This document shows, piece by piece, positions 1 to 8,364 of a DNA stretch of 64,000 nt. The stretch is taken from sequence record MK308675.1; one strand, written 5' to 3'. Numbering within the stretch: position 1 is the stretch's first letter; each line of letters begins with the position of its first letter. The notes below the pieces were generated by a model. The model had not been told where the DNA came from, searched no databases, and was given only the letters and a program-made list of their open reading frames with translations. A program made the translations under genes and the position numbers.

Positions 1-767
1 CCCACGCGGCGGCCCTTATCATCACGCAAGGTAATCTCTTTGAGGTCACCCGCCAGAGAAGTAAAGATAGAACCATCGCCTACGGAAAGGAATGACTTCG
101 GAAACTCTCCGTCTTCACGTACCTGATGGCGGTATCTTAAATCGCCCGCATGGAAGCGGTCACGGATAAAGATAGTCGGTAACGCATCTTTATGACTAAT
201 CTCTAACTTCTCAGTGCGGCCCGCCTTACTTAGCACTTTAACGCATTCTTCAGGTGCTACTGGCGGCTCATGTACTGCTTCCGCTAACTCTCCATTATCG
301 TCCCAAGTTTGACGAACCGTTGTTTTAAGTTCGCCATCGCAATACCATTCTCTTAGCACAAGACGTTTACCGCCACAGGAGAAAAGTTTCACACAGAGAA
401 CCTCACGGTCTTCGTGTGTGTATTTGGTCTCCACGCGATAGATGCCCGCACCTTCATGAGTAATAGTACGTACTGCTTCCGTTACTTCAGGGCGGTCGTT
501 AAAGACTAGCGTTGCCTGGGCGTCCGGTAAGCAGAAATGGAAAGCTTTAACGTGCTGACCGGTTTCATCCCACGTACACCATGCACCCTTCTCTAATACT
601 TCGGCTACTTGGTCTACCCAAGAACCTTCAGCTAGAGCCGGCATATGGCGAAACTGAATTAGTGCGTGTTCGCCCATATGGTTTCGCATGACCTCCCCTG
701 TTTGCGGAAGGTCTAGCAACTCTAAGATTACTGGCGGGATTGAATATAACATATCGTTATCCGACAT
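1..767 (-). CDS. Hypothetical protein with degenerate YD-like repeats, running off the left edge (absent from the ORF track)
   Basis: Hand-translated open frame from ATG at 767 (MSDNDMLYSIPPVILELL...) to position 1 with no stop; SD-like GAGG upstream; motifs TWDDNGELAE and DDKGRRV. Confidence 0.8.
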   Translation of the reverse strand, partial: MSDNDMLYSIPPVILELLDLPQTGEVMRNHMGEHALIQFRHMPALAEGSWVDQVAEVLEKGAWCTWDETGQHVKAFHFCLPDAQATLVFNDRPEVTEAVRTITHEGAGIYRVETKYTHEDREVLCVKLFSCGGKRLVLREWYCDGELKTTVRQTWDDNGELAEAVHEPPVAPEECVKVLSKAGRTEKLEISHKDALPTIFIRDRFHAGDLRYRHQVREDGEFPKSFLSVGDGSIFTSLAGDLKEITLRDDKGRRV

Positions 768-1653
768 TTTCTACCTCTTTTCTATATGTGTTGTAGTCTC
801 CGATAACTGCTATTTCTATGCCATTATGTTGACTGATTTGAAAACCTACGAAATCACGAAAGATGGGATTACCTTCAGCGTCACCTGTAGTAATGTTCAT
901 GTCTAAGAAGTCTATTGCTTTCTTCTCTTCTTGAAACATACCTGTTTGAGATAGGCCGCCTAAGATAGCTTTCTTTGCGTTCTCTGTGAAAGGCTGTTTA
1001 CCTTTCGTTAAAAGTTTATTGAAGAGACTAACGAAGAACTTTCGGTTTCCTTGTAATCCTTCCGTACTATCTACGAAAGCACACATCTCTACCTTATCGC
1101 CTTTACGGTAAACGAGCCGATAGACAAACGCTTTAGCGTGTGTTGTCCATAGTTCTTCTCGTATCTTCTCTAATCCTTCCAATACCCATTGATGTGACCC
1201 AGGCCTAGCGATTGCCTTCTCTCCTTCACCGAAAACATAATAGTGAACGAGCGGCAAACTAGTTTCTGAGAACAGTTGTGCAGTACGACTATTGGACTGT
1301 AACTTCAGTCGGTTACAGAAATGGATTTCATCTCGGAACTCCTCTTCGGGAAAACCGACCCATTCCTCTTCCTTTACTGTAGCTAGAATCTCTTTACCTA
1401 ACTTCTTCGCTTCATAGCCCCGGGCAGACTTTAGTTTGTCTATCTTGGCTTTAACATCGGCAGGCCAAGCTTTATCCAGCATGGTGGTGCGTATGAAGTA
1501 CCACGCACCTTCCACTGTCTTGAAATAACCGAAGTCCGGATGCGAAAAAGAAAGGTCAGCAAAGTGAGTAAGAGCCCGACCTATTTCGGTCTGGCCCTTA
1601 CTGTACACATTGATGTGGTCGTATCCGTCTCTATTTGGATTGACCTCCGACAT
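757..1653 (-). CDS. NADAR (YbiA-like) domain protein with C-terminal extension
   Basis: DHINVYSKG..GRALTHFA..F...FKTVEGAWY...A.GYEAKKLG fits the NADAR SNF/TVEH/AKxLG pattern; start re-called at MSEVNP. Confidence 0.6.
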   Translation of the reverse strand: MSEVNPNRDGYDHINVYSKGQTEIGRALTHFADLSFSHPDFGYFKTVEGAWYFIRTTMLDKAWPADVKAKIDKLKSARGYEAKKLGKEILATVKEEEWVGFPEEEFRDEIHFCNRLKLQSNSRTAQLFSETSLPLVHYYVFGEGEKAIARPGSHQWVLEGLEKIREELWTTHAKAFVYRLVYRKGDKVEMCAFVDSTEGLQGNRKFFVSLFNKLLTKGKQPFTENAKKAILGGLSQTGMFQEEKKAIDFLDMNITTGDAEGNPIFRDFVGFQISQHNGIEIAVIGDYNTYRKEVENVG

Positions 1654-2716
1654 AAACCAATAGTTCCTCTTGACTAGTTGGAATGCGAGTTTCGAAATGA
1701 ACACTATAACGGTCACAGACTAGGTGTACTGTCTTACCGGTAGCTGGGTCCAAGCGACGGTCATAATCCGCAAAGTGGCCACCGCCATAAGCGATGCGCT
1801 CAATGCGCTTATTAGCGTCCCATTGGTAGTAGCTACATTTAGGGATGTGTTCGTCACGCACTGTCTTAATCTCGCCATCAATCTCTTTGTGAGGAGTGAT
1901 GAAGCGATGTGACAGTTTTTGGTAGAGCATGTTGTCACGGAAAGTATAAGTATACATAACGTGACCAAAGCGCTCCTGTTCTTGGAACATAGCGCGGTGG
2001 TGCGTTACTGTAAACTCGCCCTTGCCTAGACCCTGGGACATACGCAGAGCCTCACGGTTCTTGTAGTCATCCCAACGGAACTTCTCTTCCACTTCTTCAG
2101 GCATGATGTCGTTACGCTCACACATAACGCCAAACACAGCTTCCCAACGCTCTTTAAAGATACGCTGTTCACAGAACACGCCAGGGGTTTTAGCACGACG
2201 ATGATGGTATGCCACATAGCTATTGCTTTCATTGAATGAAACAAAGCCCATGTAGTGACCGCGCTGAGAATACTGATACACGCGAGTAGTGATGCGCTGG
2301 TTTGCTTCAGACGTACATACGGAACGCAGTAGCTTACCCTCAGTAGAGAAGTAGTATTCGAACCATTGTAGTCCGCTATCTACTGTTGTCTTGATATAGT
2401 CATCTTCAAAGATAACTTCGAAATGCACTGGAACACGACGAGAGATTTCTTTGTTGTACCCGCGAGACATCATCATGTCAAACGGATGTTCACAAGTAAA
2501 ACGGAAATCGTCCGAAAGGTCATCCAAGAATTCTGCATTGTTTAATACTTCTAGTAAAGGCGCCACCAACGAACCACGGTACTGATTAAGTTCTTCTAGA
2601 GAACAAGGCACGATACCTTCAGCTTTAAGGTCATTGGTTAAATCCATTCCTAGGATAGGGATAAGGATTACGTCATTAACTAGTGTTTCCATCGACAGCA
2701 TATCTGCGTTTTTCAT
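1631..2716 (-). CDS. Hypothetical protein with degenerate YD-like repeats
   Basis: 361-aa ORF; YFSTEGKLL, YQYSQRGHY, YQWDANKRIERI. Confidence 0.7.
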   Translation of the reverse strand: MKNADMLSMETLVNDVILIPILGMDLTNDLKAEGIVPCSLEELNQYRGSLVAPLLEVLNNAEFLDDLSDDFRFTCEHPFDMMMSRGYNKEISRRVPVHFEVIFEDDYIKTTVDSGLQWFEYYFSTEGKLLRSVCTSEANQRITTRVYQYSQRGHYMGFVSFNESNSYVAYHHRRAKTPGVFCEQRIFKERWEAVFGVMCERNDIMPEEVEEKFRWDDYKNREALRMSQGLGKGEFTVTHHRAMFQEQERFGHVMYTYTFRDNMLYQKLSHRFITPHKEIDGEIKTVRDEHIPKCSYYQWDANKRIERIAYGGGHFADYDRRLDPATGKTVHLVCDRYSVHFETRIPTSQEELLVYVGGQSK

Positions 2717-2793
2717 TTTGTGTTCCTCTGTTTAAATTAGTCATTTTCAATCTCCTGGTACATTGAATTTTGACCGAATGTTATTTATGATAA

Positions 2794-3441
2794 TTAGTGA
2801 AGCTCGATGCTTTCGCAATGAACTTTAGGCTGGTCTTTAGTGAAACCGATAACGGTAACCGAAGAAGGACATACGGCAGACCATAGCCATTCGCCCTCGA
2901 CTGCTTTAAAGCGGTCTATTCCATTTCCACGACAGTAGTAAACCTCTTTTAAGATACCGTCGTTGGCGTGGCCGTGGTAAGTAATCTCGAAGTCTTCAGC
3001 GAGATTAGATTGCTGCATTAAGCGTCCTTTCTCATCAAAACAGCTTACTACGTTTACCTTGCCGTTTGCGGTTTTAAGCGTAGTGCGGTGACCGCCCGTG
3101 GCTCGCTCTTCTCGAGTTACCGTGAAGATATCGTCATTGGAATCACGGATGTGAAGGAGATGGCCTTCGTCGTTAAAGTAGTAACGCACCGAATGGCGAG
3201 TGTAAACATAGCAGTTGCTACTCTCCATGAAGTGATAGGCACGTTCTCGGAACCACAGCTCTTTCCCTGCTTTATTAAAGAAGAGGAACGGAGCTTCTGC
3301 CTGACCTAGAATGGGGCCAAGGAAAACATTCGCCAAATCGATGTTTTTATCAGTTACCGGAATGAGCCCCTTAGACTGCATGATGGCCAACGTTCTGAAG
3401 TCTAAAGCGACCTCCAGCATGTCATACGTAAACTTATCCAT
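2794..3441 (-). CDS. Hypothetical protein with degenerate YD-like repeats
   Basis: 215-aa ORF; YYFNDEGHLL, CFDEKGRLMQ. Confidence 0.7.
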   Translation of the reverse strand: MDKFTYDMLEVALDFRTLAIMQSKGLIPVTDKNIDLANVFLGPILGQAEAPFLFFNKAGKELWFRERAYHFMESSNCYVYTRHSVRYYFNDEGHLLHIRDSNDDIFTVTREERATGGHRTTLKTANGKVNVVSCFDEKGRLMQQSNLAEDFEITYHGHANDGILKEVYYCRGNGIDRFKAVEGEWLWSAVCPSSVTVIGFTKDQPKVHCESIELH

Positions 3442-3679
3442 TAGCTAGTTCTCCTATGGCTTTAGATTGTAGAGGTATCAGGTCATCTTCGCTTTGAGTC
3501 CAGACGTCTTCATCGTGAAGGATTACCTTCTTAATGTCGTAACGGATTTCCATCGGCTTATCTTTACGGAAGATAGGACGGATAGCGATTACTTCACCCT
3601 CCAATACTGTGCCCATTGCATTGAACTTAATGTCCTGGCTCATAGTGAACGCTGGCGTGATTGTGATTTTATTTCCCAT
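3434..3679 (-). CDS. Small hypothetical protein (SH3-like beta fold possible)
   Basis: 81-aa ORF tightly coupled to both neighbours. Confidence 0.65.
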   Translation of the reverse strand: MGNKITITPAFTMSQDIKFNAMGTVLEGEVIAIRPIFRKDKPMEIRYDIKKVILHDEDVWTQSEDDLIPLQSKAIGELANG

Positions 3680-4341
3680 TACATCATCTCCCTAAGTTCT
3701 GCTAGTGAAATGCCTAGCTCTTTAGCTAAGGCCATGGCTTCTTTTAAATCCGATACCTGATGTTGCGCTTCCATGCGGCGCTTTATTGCCCCACGGTTAA
3801 CCTGCGCTTTAGGAGCGATATCTTCCAATGAAGAAAGACTCTCGTCCATGTAGTAGTCTTCACCGCCATCGTCTAAGCTAAGGTCTTCTTGAGGACGGTC
3901 AGCTTTCTTAAGTTTAGCTTTACGTTCCTCTTCCAACTTACGCTTACGCTCTTCGCGTTCCTTCTGACGTTTCTTGGAGGCTTCAGCTTCACGGCGACGT
4001 TTCTCAGTAGCGTCTTTAGCACGCTTATGTTCACGCTCTTCCATTTCAGCTTTACGCTTGGCGTCACGCTCAGCGCGTTCTGCCTTCTTCTTAGCACGCT
4101 CTTCAGCAATGATGCGCTCACACTCGACACACTTACCTGTCTCAACGTTACGAACCGAACCATTCCAGCTGCGGACGTTACCTTCCCACAAATAGAAAAG
4201 AGTTTCGTGTTTCTCAGCACAGGCACGCCCAGCATATTGACTATGTCCTTCTGCTAGTGCTGCCTTTTTAGTGGTCACCATGTCGACCCGACGGAAGGGC
4301 AATTCTGCACCTTCGTCATTAGGATATACTAACGTAATCAT
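3679..4341 (-). CDS. Zn-finger (HNH-endonuclease-type N-terminal module) plus charged coiled-coil protein
   Basis: AALAEG..YAGRAC...H...KCVEC motif, then an E/K/R-rich coiled coil; SD GGAG. Confidence 0.6.
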   Translation of the reverse strand: MITLVYPNDEGAELPFRRVDMVTTKKAALAEGHSQYAGRACAEKHETLFYLWEGNVRSWNGSVRNVETGKCVECERIIAEERAKKKAERAERDAKRKAEMEEREHKRAKDATEKRRREAEASKKRQKEREERKRKLEEERKAKLKKADRPQEDLSLDDGGEDYYMDESLSSLEDIAPKAQVNRGAIKRRMEAQHQVSDLKEAMALAKELGISLAELREMM

Positions 4342-4370
4342 TTTAATCATCTCCAAAGATTATAAGGGAA

Positions 4371-4392
4371 AGGGCACCCTTTCGAATGCCCT
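4371..4392 (-). terminator. Intrinsic terminator
   Basis: AGGGCA/TGCCCT stem just after the stop at 4400. Confidence 0.5.
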
Positions 4393-4399
4393 GCTTTTA

Positions 4400-5302
4400 C
4401 TACGCGTTCACAAAGTCTTTACGGAAGTTACCTTCGATGCGACCTTCGATGCCTGTGATGTAGCGGCGACCAGCCATAAACATACAGGTACCTTCAGGCG
4501 TAACGCAACTGTCTCGGACCATCACCTCTTCCCAGCTAGAGTAGCCGCTGAAGTTGTAGGTGGTCTCTTTTAAGACTGCCTCAACTTCGTGGACGAACCA
4601 AACGTCCGATTTAGAAACAAGTACTTCATCGATGCGTGTTACGTGAACATCGTATCCTTCGCTGGTGTAGATGTCGACTAAGGCCTGAGTACAGTCCATC
4701 GAACGCTGGCGAATCTTAATCGCCTCCTCCGGTGTACTACCTGGGTATGCTAAGTTAGCAAGTAACTTGCAGATGCCCTGACCAAGATACATTTCGTCTT
4801 CGAAGTCCAGAGTACCTTTACCTTCCTGACGCTTCGCAAGCCATTGTTTCTTGAACTCTTTACGTAGAATAAGAGCAGCAGCAGTTACTTCAGAAACGGT
4901 AGCCGTCAAGTCAGGACCGACTTTGACTTCGCTTTTAAGGAGACCCTCTTTAGCAATGATGTTCGGGAAAGAAGCCCCTAGACCTACAGAGAACACGCGA
5001 GGTTTTATTCCGCGCGAATACTGCATGCCTTCAGGTAACGTAATCTGACGGAAGTCTTCAGCCTTAAAAACTTTACGAGGTGACTTCTCGTAATGGTCGC
5101 CTTCAATAAGTAGCGCCATGCGAATGGCTTTACGTCCATTCACTTGCCATTCCTTAGGGGCGTCGACTGAAGTAAAGCCTTCGTAGTTAATTGGTAGCCC
5201 ATTGATGTCTTTGAAGATAGTTTCAGTACGTTGTTTAAAATCGCCAGCTGTAAGAACTTTTTCCAGGTGCTTAACGATTGCTAGTACATTTGCATTTACC
5301 AT
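4400..5302 (-). CDS. Hypothetical protein
   Basis: 300-aa ORF with SD. Confidence 0.75.
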   Translation of the reverse strand: MVNANVLAIVKHLEKVLTAGDFKQRTETIFKDINGLPINYEGFTSVDAPKEWQVNGRKAIRMALLIEGDHYEKSPRKVFKAEDFRQITLPEGMQYSRGIKPRVFSVGLGASFPNIIAKEGLLKSEVKVGPDLTATVSEVTAAALILRKEFKKQWLAKRQEGKGTLDFEDEMYLGQGICKLLANLAYPGSTPEEAIKIRQRSMDCTQALVDIYTSEGYDVHVTRIDEVLVSKSDVWFVHEVEAVLKETTYNFSGYSSWEEVMVRDSCVTPEGTCMFMAGRRYITGIEGRIEGNFRKDFVNA

Positions 5303-5337
5303 TGTATATCTCTCTCTTTTTAAATAAGTGGTGAGTC

Positions 5338-6408
5338 TTAAAACTCAGTTGATTGGGCGATGCGATTAAAATACTCTCGCCAGAAAGCCTTCGCTCCACT
5401 TCTTTCTTTGAAATAGGTAGAAGGATGGTTTGAGTTAATCATTGCGTCTATCATGTCCTTCTCACAAAAGTAATCTTCACAGACATCTTTGTGATAGTTC
5501 ATGGCACTATCGTAAGGGTCCGGATAGTATCCGACCTTACAAATAACGTCTCTTACAGAGTACTGACGGAACTCGGCCCCTTTACTTGCCAAGTTCTCCA
5601 GAAACTCTTTAGAAGGCATTGCGCCTGCACGCAGACAGCCAGGGTAAGTACCGGCAGAAGAGTAATAAGACCCGCCTTCTGCCTCTGACGGGAAGAAGGT
5701 GTAACCGCTTGCCTTGACAATGCCTCGCTTATTATGGATAAGGTCGATTGCTTCTTCTAAAGTAATCTCCTTACCTAGGGGCACGTGTTCGCGTACGCGG
5801 AAGTGGTCACCCAATGAAGCTGGCGCCAGTGGGGCGAGGTTAGCCATTGGCGAAGGTGGAACCGGTTGTTGCTTAGGGATGTAGTGACAACCGTACATAT
5901 CTTCACGAGACCATGGTGTAATTCTCAAAGGGCTCTTCACTCCGAATAGGTACACGTTCTTCTCTAGCCACTCTAAGGTCTTAGGATGTTCTAGGTCTAA
6001 GATTGGCGCAGATTTACCACCATCTACTTCTTTAAGGAAAAGCGGAATGCTTCTCCAGCTAGTGCGGCACTGTAGGGAACTATGCATGCCGTATGGCATA
6101 AACCATAGTTTCTTAATAGTGGCACGCATAACGTTGCCGTCGAATTTCTCATCCCAGCGCGGCCACTCTAGACAGTAGTCCGGTAGCGTCTTGCTGATGG
6201 CTTCGCGGACATACATAGGAGGAAGCACCGAATGGCGATGTGTCGAGTAGTAAGCAACGTAGAGCTCTAACAGAACCTGGACGCGCTCATAGTTGCCTTC
6301 TGCTTCGTGCAGTGTGGTGCGGTAAGAGTCCATCTGTTTGAACCACGTTTTACCTGGCCCACGACGAACGCTAGTCATTGGTCTTTTATAAGGTTTTAAT
6401 TCTTCCAT
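5338..6408 (-). CDS. Hypothetical protein
   Basis: 356-aa ORF directly downstream of the AAA ATPase. Confidence 0.75.
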   Translation of the reverse strand: MEELKPYKRPMTSVRRGPGKTWFKQMDSYRTTLHEAEGNYERVQVLLELYVAYYSTHRHSVLPPMYVREAISKTLPDYCLEWPRWDEKFDGNVMRATIKKLWFMPYGMHSSLQCRTSWRSIPLFLKEVDGGKSAPILDLEHPKTLEWLEKNVYLFGVKSPLRITPWSREDMYGCHYIPKQQPVPPSPMANLAPLAPASLGDHFRVREHVPLGKEITLEEAIDLIHNKRGIVKASGYTFFPSEAEGGSYYSSAGTYPGCLRAGAMPSKEFLENLASKGAEFRQYSVRDVICKVGYYPDPYDSAMNYHKDVCEDYFCEKDMIDAMINSNHPSTYFKERSGAKAFWREYFNRIAQSTEF

Positions 6409-6411
6409 TAG

Positions 6412-7695
6412 TTAGTCCTCGGATAAAATAAAGTCTGTTAAGTTGTAGTTCTTGACCTTAGGCTGTTCAGGCATTTGGTCTTCGATGTAAGCGGCTAGTT
6501 GCTCCGCAGTTGCTGTTTTAGAAAAATATGCTTGTTTAAAGAAAGCAATGTCGCAGCCACGCCAATCCATGGTTATGTTCAGGTCTTGAACGTCCTCGCC
6601 GAAAACCCGAACTAGGTCGTCCTTAACAAGTTCTCTAGGGATGCGGGCTAACTCATGAACTGCTGTAACGCGGCTATTTCTAAAGATGGCCGGATGCAGT
6701 AGCTCTAGGTCGTTCGATGTTAAAACGATAACGAGGTTCTTGGCTCTTACTGGACCCTGCATCGTACCGAGCAATGTCTGTAAACTGACGTTCTCGCGAA
6801 CGAGTTCTCCGCGATGTTCGTCACGGAAGAGGTTAGGGTTTGAATGTAGGTCCTCAATAAGAATCACGTTCTTTTTCTTACCTATCTCACCTAATGGCGA
6901 ATATGGGTCTTTTGCTAAAGTACGATAAGACTCATTGTCTTGCCCTACCATGCACAGGTCTCGGTCTAACATGGAAGCTAATACCTTGGCCATGGTGCTT
7001 TTCCCTGTACCTGGTTCGCCTGGCAGAACAATAACCATTTTGTGGTCTAGGTTGTGTTCTTTAGCAAACTCGGCGCTTTCCTGAAATGTCGCTACTTGCT
7101 TCTCCAGGAACTCACGGTCTTCCTTACGAATGACGATATCGTCAAAACCGATTTTACGGTCTGTTGACTTATTGCCCCATTCATCCCGTACGCCCATAAT
7201 GGTGTCGTCTAGAGGTTGCTCGATGGATTGAAGGAATTCCAACAGGTAGCGATTACTTAGAGCGTAAGTCCATACCGTGATTCGGTACTTATTCTGCTCT
7301 GTGCCTTCTGAAGGCATGTCCTTCTTATTGTACCAGAAAAAGCGTCCCTTATAGCGACAGATGGAGGTACCTAGACCGTTTCGAATTATGGGCTTATTTC
7401 TGCGGATAAGCAAGCCGGTAATCTGGAAGAAGCGGTCACTGAACGGAAGTTTGTATTGCTGAACTAGATGGTCGATTTCCCCTACCAGTTTTTTGGAAGA
7501 GGACCCTGCACCAGTACTCCCCGAGGAGTCTACCGTTGCAACATAGCGCAGTCGATAACGAATGGAACTATAGACGCGCATCGGTACCTTACGACATGCA
7601 ATGGCTGCGCCTGAGATAATCGCAGTAGTTAGGAACTGGTTGTTCCCGGTAATAGAGTTAACGAACTCTACACCCTGTGCTAAAAAGTCTTGCAT
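6412..7695 (-). CDS. BCS1-like AAA+ ATPase
   Basis: N-terminal hydrophobic segment, Walker A GEPGTGKS, Walker B ILIED, LVIVLTSN, SRH-like LHPAIFRNSRV. Confidence 0.75.
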   Translation of the reverse strand: MQDFLAQGVEFVNSITGNNQFLTTAIISGAAIACRKVPMRVYSSIRYRLRYVATVDSSGSTGAGSSSKKLVGEIDHLVQQYKLPFSDRFFQITGLLIRRNKPIIRNGLGTSICRYKGRFFWYNKKDMPSEGTEQNKYRITVWTYALSNRYLLEFLQSIEQPLDDTIMGVRDEWGNKSTDRKIGFDDIVIRKEDREFLEKQVATFQESAEFAKEHNLDHKMVIVLPGEPGTGKSTMAKVLASMLDRDLCMVGQDNESYRTLAKDPYSPLGEIGKKKNVILIEDLHSNPNLFRDEHRGELVRENVSLQTLLGTMQGPVRAKNLVIVLTSNDLELLHPAIFRNSRVTAVHELARIPRELVKDDLVRVFGEDVQDLNITMDWRGCDIAFFKQAYFSKTATAEQLAAYIEDQMPEQPKVKNYNLTDFILSED

Positions 7696-7732
7696 TGTTT
7701 TTTTCCTATTTTTTAATATGGATGTTCACCTA

Positions 7733-7745
7733 GGTAATATAGGTT
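7733..7745 (-). promoter_or_regulatory. phiKZ-type early (virion RNAP) promoter AACCTATATTACC
   Basis: Exact 13-mer at three intergenic sites, each upstream of a minus-strand gene; contains the phiKZ early consensus TATATTAC. Confidence 0.7.
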
Positions 7746-7763
7746 TTAAAAACAGCAGAGATA

Positions 7764-7793
7764 AGGTAGGAGAAGCCGAAGCCTCTCCTACCT
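7764..7793 (-). terminator. Intrinsic terminator with UUCG loop
   Basis: 10-bp outer stem; the 22-mer core is identical to 62013-62034. Confidence 0.75.
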
Positions 7794-7800
7794 AAAGTAA

Positions 7801-8160
7801 TTATGCGTAAACCATCATTTGCTGTGCGCGTAGCGCAGGGTTAGTGCTAGGGTTAACACTTTCGTTGAAATGGTTCATACTAAATAGACTCGGCGTACCG
7901 TCTTTACGGATAACGGCCAAATCTAAATCGTTAACGATTTCGCGGAAGCCGTCGATATCCGACATACCAGCCGCAGCTAGCTCTAAAAAGTCGCCTAGAG
8001 GCGTCTGGAGAAAAGCTATCGCCGAAGGAGTGATGTTCAGTAATGCATCGTAAAAGAACTGAGCGTTAGCTGCTGTCATGTCTTGCGCCAGTTCCCATTC
8101 TCTCTCGGACATTGGACCGACCACGATAGTGTTGTTGGCGGTGTTAAGTACTGCTTTCAT
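7801..8160 (-). CDS. Hypothetical protein
   Basis: 119-aa ORF with SD, preceded by AATCTTATAG and followed by a terminator. Confidence 0.75.
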   Translation of the reverse strand: MKAVLNTANNTIVVGPMSEREWELAQDMTAANAQFFYDALLNITPSAIAFLQTPLGDFLELAAAGMSDIDGFREIVNDLDLAVIRKDGTPSLFSMNHFNESVNPSTNPALRAQQMMVYA

Positions 8161-8190
8161 TTTGTTTTCCTTAAAGAAGTTAAGCTTAAG

Positions 8191-8200
8191 CTATAAGATT
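8191..8200 (-). promoter_or_regulatory. Candidate middle/late promoter AATCTTATAG
   Basis: Same motif as upstream of plus-strand virion genes. Confidence 0.45.
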
Positions 8201-8364
8201 TGTAATCATTATCAACCCTATAGACGGCCAAAAGTCTAGCCTGGGTCCTGGGCAGTTATTTTCACTATCCTAATAACTCCAGCGTATTTATTTTGACCCT
8301 AAGGGAAAAATGTACGCGGAGTAGTATCGTATGAAGAATAACTTTCAACTAAGGAAACATTAGC

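Noticed and set aside
3880-4130. Repetitive nucleotide pattern
   Set aside because: Explained by E/K/R/A coiled-coil codons, not a DNA repeat element
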